Positions 34,536 to 40,721 of a stretch of 40,721 nucleotides of DNA are shown one piece after another (within the stretch, counting starts at the first letter, position 1; the number at the start of each line of letters is the position of its first letter). The notes under the pieces are model-generated. The model searched no databases, had not been told where the DNA came from, and saw nothing but the letters and a program-made list of their open reading frames with translations. The stretch covers positions 1 to 40,721 of the IMG/VR virus record IMGVR_UViG_3300016464_000318; one strand, 5' to 3'. A program made the translations under genes and the position numbers. The DNA is from a virus (taxonomy: Duplodnaviria; Caudoviricetes).

Positions 34536-34751
34536 ATGAGTGACGACATTACCCACGACCTTGACCTGCTGGACGATTGGCTTGCAGGCAAGGGATATGG
34601 CGAAGAAGCGGGATTGGTTTTGCGGGCTTTGTCGTTGATCCATAAGCAGGCGCGGGAAATCGAGAAGCTACGGGCGAAGTTGATGGCCGCAACAGGCGAA
34701 CTTTGCGACCGCGCCGCCGCCGCAGCATTGAAGGAGACGGGGGATGAGTGA
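34536..34751 (+). CDS. Hypothetical protein
   Basis: GGAG RBS; QAREIEKLR coiled-coil motif. Confidence 0.6.
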   Translation: MSDDITHDLDLLDDWLAGKGYGEEAGLVLRALSLIHKQAREIEKLRAKLMAATGELCDRAAAAALKETGDE

Positions 34752-34974
34752 CGAGCATAAACAATATGCCTCTACGTCCGCAGCTACGTTAGAAGCTCAT
34801 ATTTTGAGCGTTCACAGTGCAAAAAGTGAAGCTGAATGGTGGGCGCAGCGTGAAATTGAGCGTCTCCGCGCCGAGAATGAGAAACTACGGGGGGAGCTAA
34901 GAGAAGCTGATGCCATGCTGTTGAAGCAGGCGAGAACGATCAGGGAGCTATCCAATGGCAGATATGGTCAATAG
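34744..34974 (+). CDS. Hypothetical coiled-coil protein
   Basis: AGGAG RBS; EIERLRAENEKLR. Confidence 0.6.
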   Translation: MSDEHKQYASTSAATLEAHILSVHSAKSEAEWWAQREIERLRAENEKLRGELREADAMLLKQARTIRELSNGRYGQ

Positions 34975-35209
34975 CCCGCCTCATTACATGGGCCACAACA
35001 GCGGTATTGAGTGCATCCAGATCACCGAACACATGGGGTTCTGTCTGGGCAATGCGGTAAAATACATTTGGCGGGCGGATCTCAAGGGCGACGCGGTTGA
35101 GGATCTCAGGAAGGCTGTCTGGTATATTCAGCGCGAGATCCGGCGCCGGGAGCTAATCGGCGACGCGAACGCCGGTCATGCCAAGAAAGATGACGCCGTT
35201 CGCCTCTAG
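34955..35209 (+). CDS. DUF3310 (SaV-like / T7 gp1.7-like) protein
   Basis: DMVNSPPHY...IECI...FCLGNAVKYIWRA..KG...EDLRKAVWY. Confidence 0.85.
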   Translation: MADMVNSPPHYMGHNSGIECIQITEHMGFCLGNAVKYIWRADLKGDAVEDLRKAVWYIQREIRRRELIGDANAGHAKKDDAVRL

Positions 35210-35374
35210 CGTCTCCTTGATCAGGTGGAGGGTCTCCTCGCTGATCGGCACCTCTCGCTCGCTCTCAGCGCGCTTGAGCGTGGCGATAGATACACCGGCC
35301 AGTTGGGCCAGCTCGTCCTGCTTCATAACGAGGAGATGCCTGGCGGCGCGGATCTGAGCGGGTGTAATCATCAT
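35153..35374 (-). CDS. XRE-family HTH regulator
   Basis: ITPAQIRAARHLL...QDELAQLAGVSIATLKRAE...LEANGVIF. Confidence 0.85.
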   Translation of the reverse strand: MMITPAQIRAARHLLVMKQDELAQLAGVSIATLKRAESEREVPISEETLHLIKETLEANGVIFLGMTGVRVAD

Positions 35375-35390
35375 TTGCTCTTGTTATCCT

Positions 35391-35414
35391 ATTGAGACAA
35401 TGGTATCAATACCA
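35391..35414. promoter_or_regulatory. Overlapping palindromes between the divergent XRE and secreted-protein genes
   Basis: ATTGAGAC-AATG-GTATCAAT and TGGTAT-CA-ATACCA. Confidence 0.5.
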
Positions 35415-35438
35415 CAGGTCAGAAACACGGGGAATAAC

Positions 35439-35687
35439 ATGCGCAAGTTAATCATTTTACTCACGTTTATCTCTACGCCGGCGCTGGCGCAGACCGCTCA
35501 ATTCTACGGCGCAGACGGCGACTACCTCGGCAATATGCAGCCGGCTGGTCAGAACAATTTCATCTATGGTCGGAACGGCGACTACATCGGCTCGACGGCT
35601 CCGGCTGGGCAGAACACGCTGATCTATGACGGCCAGGGCAATTACGTCGGCGCGGTTATTAACAGCGGCAGACGTCAGGGTAATTGA
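35439..35687 (+). CDS. Secreted protein with three 20-aa YxxxG(D/N)YxG repeats
   Basis: Sec signal MRKLIILLTFISTPALA-Q; 60-nt repeat period. Confidence 0.7.
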   Translation: MRKLIILLTFISTPALAQTAQFYGADGDYLGNMQPAGQNNFIYGRNGDYIGSTAPAGQNTLIYDGQGNYVGAVINSGRRQGN

Positions 35688-35776
35688 CGGCGGTCGGGCT
35701 TAATGAGACTTTATGCGAAGCGGCGCTCATGCGCCGTCAGCGTTTCCTCCAGAACGCGGCGTCCAATGTTAGTATC

Positions 35777-35806
35777 GGCCAGTGGGGGCAACCTCGCTGG
35801 TCTTTT
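35777..35806 (+). terminator. Putative terminator
   Basis: GGCCAGTGGGG-GCAA-CCTCGCTGGTC followed by TTTT. Confidence 0.6.
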
Positions 35807-35989
35807 ACATTTCTGGGCGCCTGTCTGATCTGCCTTCGCTGTCACAAAGGTGGCAATGATCTGAGGGCATACAGACACCGCTAGACATCTCCACCAGAGA
35901 ATACTGCGGCCTCGTTTGCGCGCCGATCTCCGGGCGCCTGACCTCGGCAGGCGGGGCCGCAACCAACCACTAGAGAACGGCAACAACGC

Positions 35990-36631
35990 ATGACTGAGCC
36001 AGCCAAAAAGCTGAGGGCAACCTCGGCGGGGCTAAGCCGGACTGAGCGACTGCTGGCAAAGGCGACGGCAAGCAAGCCGGCAGCAAAGCAGGCGCAAAGC
36101 CCCGGAAAGCCTAAGAGGACAGCCTCCTCAAATTTTCGGGCGCCTGAACACAACGCTACCCAGAACCAGATAGCTGTAGAGAAGAAGACAGGAAGACCGT
36201 CAGGCTTCACAGAGGAGCTGGGCAAGGAGATCTGCAACCGCATCGCAGGCGGCGCACATCTGAGCAAGCTCGTCGAAGAAGGCATCGTGCCAAGCACATC
36301 AGCCTTTGCGAGATGGACGAGAGGCGACACGGAGGAGAGCCAACGCTTCCGGGCCGAGGTCGCGCGCGCTCAGGAAGATCGCGCTGAACTCTGGGCTGAT
36401 CAGCTCATCGAGATCGCCGACACCGACGAGGACGCCAATCGCGCTCGCGTTCGCATCGATGCGCGCTGGAAGGTCATAGGAAGCCTGCTGTATCGCCGTT
36501 ACGGGGTGAAGACGCAGGTGGACATCAATCAGAACGTCAATGTGGCTGTGGCTCACGCTGACGCATTGCTGCGCCTGGCAGGACAGGCCAAGCAGATAGA
36601 GACAGACTACAAGGACGTCACACCGAGGTAA
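35990..36631 (+). CDS. terS: Terminase small subunit
   Basis: GRPSGFTEELGKEICNRIAGG, ADQLIEIAD, RARVRIDARWK. Confidence 0.85.
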   Translation: MTEPAKKLRATSAGLSRTERLLAKATASKPAAKQAQSPGKPKRTASSNFRAPEHNATQNQIAVEKKTGRPSGFTEELGKEICNRIAGGAHLSKLVEEGIVPSTSAFARWTRGDTEESQRFRAEVARAQEDRAELWADQLIEIADTDEDANRARVRIDARWKVIGSLLYRRYGVKTQVDINQNVNVAVAHADALLRLAGQAKQIETDYKDVTPR

Positions 36632-36937
36632 CTCCCTTGCGAGGGGAGTGCTTATGCAATGCGATCAATGCATTGCGATATACTCCACGAGATATGCGTC
36701 GGGCAGGCAGCCACCTGGACGACCGGGGCCGCTCGGCCCCCCTGGGGGCTGACCACCGGCGGGGGCGGCTGCAGGAGCATCCCTCCTCTCTGCTTCTTTA
36801 CCTTTAGCGAAAAAAATCAAATCGCTAAAAAATTACACAAAATTTGGACGAAAATGCCTGTTTTCCCGGTGTTTTATCCAAGAAATCTGTAACCGTACTC
36901 GCAGCGTTTGGGTTCCGTCAGATTGTCGTGGCTCTAA

Positions 36938-37252
36938 CTAGCAGCGACGACCACCTTGCCCTGCGCACACGAGAGCGAGGCCGGTGAGAGCTGTGGAGTT
37001 CTGCGCGTAGGCGTTGCCTTGGTTTGCGACGCCGTATGAGGCGGCGATGTTGCTTTCGCGCGCTCTCAAGGCTCCGGCGTATTGCTGGCGAGCGAGATCT
37101 GCCTCGGCGACGCTCATCTGCTTTTTTTCGACCTTCTCGGCCAGAACCCGGTCGTATGCTTTGAGTTCCAGCTCGGCTTGCGTTGGCTGGGATGTGCATC
37201 CGGCGAGCAGAAGCATGCCGGTGGCGATGGCGGCGAGCGCTTGGTTTTTCAT
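36938..37252 (-). CDS. Lipoprotein (moron-like)
   Basis: GGGAG RBS; MKNQALAAIATGMLLLAG-C lipobox; opposite to the late operon. Confidence 0.75.
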   Translation of the reverse strand: MKNQALAAIATGMLLLAGCTSQPTQAELELKAYDRVLAEKVEKKQMSVAEADLARQQYAGALRARESNIAASYGVANQGNAYAQNSTALTGLALVCAGQGGRRC

Positions 37253-37312
37253 GGTGGTCTCCCTCTGAGGGGATCTTTTCCATGAAATGTGGCTAATTTC
37301 TGAAGGCTGAAA

Positions 37313-38965
37313 ATGGACGCATCTGGCTTTATTCGCGGCTTACTGGACGACCAGGAAGACCCGCAGCAGCCGCAGTATGTGGCGTCCAATGATTTCGGGC
37401 CTCGGGCTTATGGTTTGCTCGACCAGCTCTTCCCAGACCCTTACAAGGCGTCTGGCGACGCTGTAGCGCAATATAAGAACGGCGATCTGCTCGGCGCGTT
37501 TGAGACGATGTTCGGCGCGATGCCGACGACGGGCGCTTTGAGTGCTGCCGAGAAACAGGCGAAGCTGCAGGCAAATTATCAGGCGCGTCTTCGTCAGCCT
37601 GGCGAGGTTGGCGGCCTTTTAGGAACGCCGCATATCCCGATCGCGCAGGGCGACATGCGCATTTCGACGCGTCAGCCGTCGTCGATAATGAAATCGATCG
37701 AAGACCCTTACACAGAGCATCTTTCTGTCGGGTTGCCTGAATTTCTTGCTGACGCAAATGCCGCGCACAACGCCAGTCTGTTGGCGGATTATCCTGGTTT
37801 TGAGCATTTGCGCGGGATGTCTCCTGCTGACGCAGCCGAGGGCTATGTCGAGCAGGCTCGCGGCAATATGAATTACCTTTACCGGAACACGCCGGAGATC
37901 ATGCGTCAGCGCTCTCCGCTCTGGTATGATGGCGCGCATGAGGTGTCGGACGCTTTGGCGAAACGCTGGGGTGTCGCCAGACCGCAGGTCTCTGCCGGCA
38001 TTGCCGCGCTCAGCCCGCAGAAAGATTGGTTCCAAAATGCCTCCCTCGCCGAGCGAGCCGGCGATATAATTTTCGGCCCGACGTCTAGCGTTAAGATGAC
38101 GCCGGAGATGATGGCGTTCGCCAACCGCCCGCACTCCAAACAGTCGCCCAATTTCATTACGTCCAACCAGGATGTCGCGGATCTCTATCGGGCCATCCAG
38201 GGAAAATCGTTTTCTCAGCTCAATGACCCGGATGCGCAGGCGCTGTGGATCCGCCTGTATGACGAGGCCCATAATCCGAAGGCCTATCGATCAATCACCC
38301 CCGAGGGTGAGTTCGGCGATTTCGTCAGGACGGGCAAAGGCAACACCCGGAATATGGCCTGGGGTTCGATCAACGAGATCTCGAAGGCTGTTCAGGCTCT
38401 GACGGGCAATGGAACGAATGCCGAGATCCAGGGTCTCCTCGGCGGGACGCACAAGGTTCCGAGCTTCTACAACAATATTGAGGTTCCGAACGACCCCCGG
38501 TTCGGCGATGTGACTGCTGATACGCACCAGGTTGCGGCTGCTCAGCTTCGCCCGCTCTCGGGCAAGTCGGCGGCGGTTTCTCATAATTTCGGCCCCGGCC
38601 TGGCAAAAAAGGATCAGCCGGAGGATTGGCGCCCAGCTAAATCATCCGCCATCACGGGCCTGAACGGGACATATGGATTAAATGCGGAGGCGACCCGCCG
38701 GTTTGCTTCTGATGTTGGATTATTGCCCAGAGCGGGGCAATCGGTCGGCTGGGAGCCGGTAAGAGAGTTATTCACTGACACCTTTAAGCGCAGTCCAGAA
38801 AGTGCTAAAATAGACGAAATCTGGAGAGCTAAAGATGCAGGAAAACTCACCCTCGACGAGGCCCGCGACGCCGTCCTCCGAGCTGCTGGAGGAATTGGAA
38901 ATCCTGCGTGGGCGAAATCCAGCGTTAAATCGATTGCTCCTCAACGGGGGTCAACTTACCGCTAA
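37313..38965 (+). CDS. 550-aa protein with GLL-repeat N-terminus and HhH-GPD glycosylase-like core
   Basis: WYDGAH, IAALSPQKDW..N, HKVPSFYNN...DVTADTH, LLPRAGQSVGW. Confidence 0.65.
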   Translation: MDASGFIRGLLDDQEDPQQPQYVASNDFGPRAYGLLDQLFPDPYKASGDAVAQYKNGDLLGAFETMFGAMPTTGALSAAEKQAKLQANYQARLRQPGEVGGLLGTPHIPIAQGDMRISTRQPSSIMKSIEDPYTEHLSVGLPEFLADANAAHNASLLADYPGFEHLRGMSPADAAEGYVEQARGNMNYLYRNTPEIMRQRSPLWYDGAHEVSDALAKRWGVARPQVSAGIAALSPQKDWFQNASLAERAGDIIFGPTSSVKMTPEMMAFANRPHSKQSPNFITSNQDVADLYRAIQGKSFSQLNDPDAQALWIRLYDEAHNPKAYRSITPEGEFGDFVRTGKGNTRNMAWGSINEISKAVQALTGNGTNAEIQGLLGGTHKVPSFYNNIEVPNDPRFGDVTADTHQVAAAQLRPLSGKSAAVSHNFGPGLAKKDQPEDWRPAKSSAITGLNGTYGLNAEATRRFASDVGLLPRAGQSVGWEPVRELFTDTFKRSPESAKIDEIWRAKDAGKLTLDEARDAVLRAAGGIGNPAWAKSSVKSIAPQRGSTYR

Positions 38966-39074
38966 GCGGTATATTGATTTCAATTGGTGCGGCGAGCCGC
39001 CGGACGAGTTCTCAGAAGACGAACAGCAGCTGATCGATCTGCTCCTCGAATATGAGGGCCAGCATCAGCCATAA
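38835..39074 (+). CDS. Small acidic protein overlapping the 3' end of the 550-aa gene
   Basis: GGAG RBS 8 nt before the ATG; 15 D/E versus 6 K/R in 79 aa; fills the gap to terL. Confidence 0.65.
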   Translation: MQENSPSTRPATPSSELLEELEILRGRNPALNRLLLNGGQLTAKRYIDFNWCGEPPDEFSEDEQQLIDLLLEYEGQHQP

Positions 39075-39089
39075 GGCATAAAAACACGC

Positions 39090-40481
39090 ATGGCAGATCT
39101 CTCCGAGGCTCTTGAGATCTTCATCGCCGCATACCGCGATGAGCCTGTAAAATTTGTCAGGAATGTCCTCGGCGCCGAGCCGATGCCCTGGCAAGAACAG
39201 TTCCTGATGCATGTCGCGAAGGGCGAGCGTCGGATCTCGGTTCGAGCTGGTCACGGTGTCGGAAAATCCACCGCCTGCGCCTGGCTACTCATCTGGCACA
39301 TGATCACCAGGCTCCCGCAGAAAAGCGTCTGCACGGCGCCGACTGCTGGACAGCTGTATGATGCGCTGTTCTCTGAGGTCAAGCATTGGGTGGGCCGACT
39401 GCCTGAACCGCTCAGAGAAAGCCTCGATGTTTTTTCCGATCGCATCGTGCAAAAAGCCTCGCCCGAGAGCAGCTTTATAACCGCGCGAACAAGTTCGGCG
39501 GAACGTCCCGAAGCCTTGGCCGGTGTCCATTCTGAGAATGTTCTCCTCATCTGCGACGAGGCGAGCGCTATTCCAGAGGCGGTGTTTGAGAGCGCTGCAG
39601 GTTCGATGTCCGGTCACGCCGCGACGACGATCCTGATCGGGAACCCGACGCGAAACACTGGGTTATTTTTTAGAACGCACCACCAGTTAAAGCACGACTG
39701 GAAAACGATGCATGTTTCGTGCGTCGATATTCCGCTCGTGAGTTCTGATTTCGTCGAGCAGATCAAAACGACATATGGCGAAAACTCGAATGCCTTCCGT
39801 GTTCGCGTTCTTGGTGAGTTTGCTCTGCGCGATGACGATAGCCTCATTGCAGCTGATCTTGTGGATGCTGCTATGTCGCGAGATGTTGCGCTCGACCCGA
39901 CGCAAGATCTGATCTTTGGTTGCGATATTGCCCGTTACGGCGCCGACAGGTCTGTGATCTGCAAGCGCAGAGGCAACGTCGTCATCGAGATGCGCCATTG
40001 GTCTGGCGAAGACTTGATGGGAACGGTGGGCAGGATTGTCCATGAAGCGAACATGGATAAACCCGCTGAGATTTGCGTGGACAGCATTGGCCTTGGTGGC
40101 GGTGTCGCCGATCGTCTGCGCGAACTGGGTTTTAATGTTCGCGATGTCAACGTCTCCGAGAGCAATGCGCTCAATCAGCAGGCGTATCGATTAAGAGACG
40201 AACTCTGGATCGCCACGAAAGATTGGCTGGAAAGCCGCGCGGTCAAGATCCCGAAAGATGATGATTTACGAGCTGAGCTAATCGCTCCCTCGTATAGCTT
40301 TGCATCGAACGGCAAGATCAAGGTCGAGAGTAAAGCTGAATTAAAGAAGCGCGGCATGCGGTCTCCTGACTTGGCCGACGCGCTGTGTCTGACGTTTGCA
40401 GGTCAAGGCGCGATGGTCGGAGGAAGATCCATGAAATGGATCTCCGGCAAGCCCCTGCAGCGCAACGTCGCAATTTGCTAG
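39090..40481 (+). CDS. terL: Terminase large subunit
   Basis: Walker A RAGHGVGKS, Walker B LLICDEAS, GNPTR coupling motif, nuclease GCDIARYGADRS and SPDLADAL. Confidence 0.95.
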   Translation: MADLSEALEIFIAAYRDEPVKFVRNVLGAEPMPWQEQFLMHVAKGERRISVRAGHGVGKSTACAWLLIWHMITRLPQKSVCTAPTAGQLYDALFSEVKHWVGRLPEPLRESLDVFSDRIVQKASPESSFITARTSSAERPEALAGVHSENVLLICDEASAIPEAVFESAAGSMSGHAATTILIGNPTRNTGLFFRTHHQLKHDWKTMHVSCVDIPLVSSDFVEQIKTTYGENSNAFRVRVLGEFALRDDDSLIAADLVDAAMSRDVALDPTQDLIFGCDIARYGADRSVICKRRGNVVIEMRHWSGEDLMGTVGRIVHEANMDKPAEICVDSIGLGGGVADRLRELGFNVRDVNVSESNALNQQAYRLRDELWIATKDWLESRAVKIPKDDDLRAELIAPSYSFASNGKIKVESKAELKKRGMRSPDLADALCLTFAGQGAMVGGRSMKWISGKPLQRNVAIC

Positions 40482-40492
40482 GAAAACACTGA

Positions 40493-40721
40493 ATGGCTCG
40501 TCGTAGACGCCGCCGCTCGTCTCCATCTCCGATGGATGCGGGCCAGGCCGCATATCTCGAAACGTCTGCTCCTGTTGCGGGAGATGAGGACTATGCAGAG
40601 GATGCCGGCGTAGAAGACGACGCTGACGAGGACGAGGAAGACAACAACTCCTACGGCCCCGGCAATGCCGACATGCGGCAGAAACTCAATCCGCTCGACG
40701 AGACTGAGTTCCAGAACCGCG
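40493..40721 (+). CDS. Portal protein, N-terminal part (continues at position 1)
   Basis: ATG at 40493, 11 nt after the terL stop; 76 codons plus G joins TC at positions 1-2 (GTC, Val) and stays in frame with ORF 162..2135; reads MARRRRRSSPSP...DETEFQNR|VAIGVQAAETY. Confidence 0.88.
   Translation, partial: MARRRRRRSSPSPMDAGQAAYLETSAPVAGDEDYAEDAGVEDDADEDEEDNNSYGPGNADMRQKLNPLDETEFQNR

Larger units (their letters stand above)
1..40721. mobile_element. Complete circularly permuted temperate phage genome (podovirus-like; no tape measure or sheath gene seen)
   Basis: Full module set from terminase to lysis, integration, immunity and replication; portal ORF continues in frame across the end/start junction; intact attP next to the integrase. 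Confidence 0.93.

Noticed and set aside
35685-35961. Hammerhead ribozyme
   Set aside because: CTGA occurs, but the CUGANGA plus GAAA core is not present.
22835-36909. ACCGTACTC-N5-GTTT at 22835 and 36892 as extra SOS boxes
   Set aside because: Two mismatches to GTTC-N7-GTTC and no clear linked promoter; a 13-base match between two sites could be chance.

Overview
The window looks like a complete, circularly permuted ~40.7 kb temperate podovirus-like phage genome. The portal gene starts at 40493 and runs in frame across the window end into 1..2135. The host is most likely an alphaproteobacterium (Hyphomicrobiales/Rhizobiales), inferred from a tRNA-Val(CAC) attP, a GTTC-N7-GTTC SOS box, a CtrA-like box and apparent GANTC avoidance. 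Modules in order: head, fibres and nozzle, ejection proteins, lysis, attP/int/xis, leftward recombination operon, immunity switch, replication, C5 methyltransferase, small accessory genes, terS, an insert, terL. The most interesting signals are four. (1) A 550-aa HhH-GPD glycosylase-like protein with an overlapping acidic partner sits between terS and terL; its N-terminus repeats the (R)GLL(D) motif that ends three putative ejection proteins, suggesting a virion-delivered effector with an inhibitor. (2) A two-polypeptide, dual-reading-frame C5 methyltransferase carries four in-phase W-x-T-P cassettes bounded by a 19-bp DNA repeat. (3) The lysis-lysogeny switch has a non-cleavable repressor, a LexA-boxed candidate antirepressor and a CtrA-like box. 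(4) Several intergenic regions look like structured RNA. All family calls come from motif recognition by eye; no database search was run.
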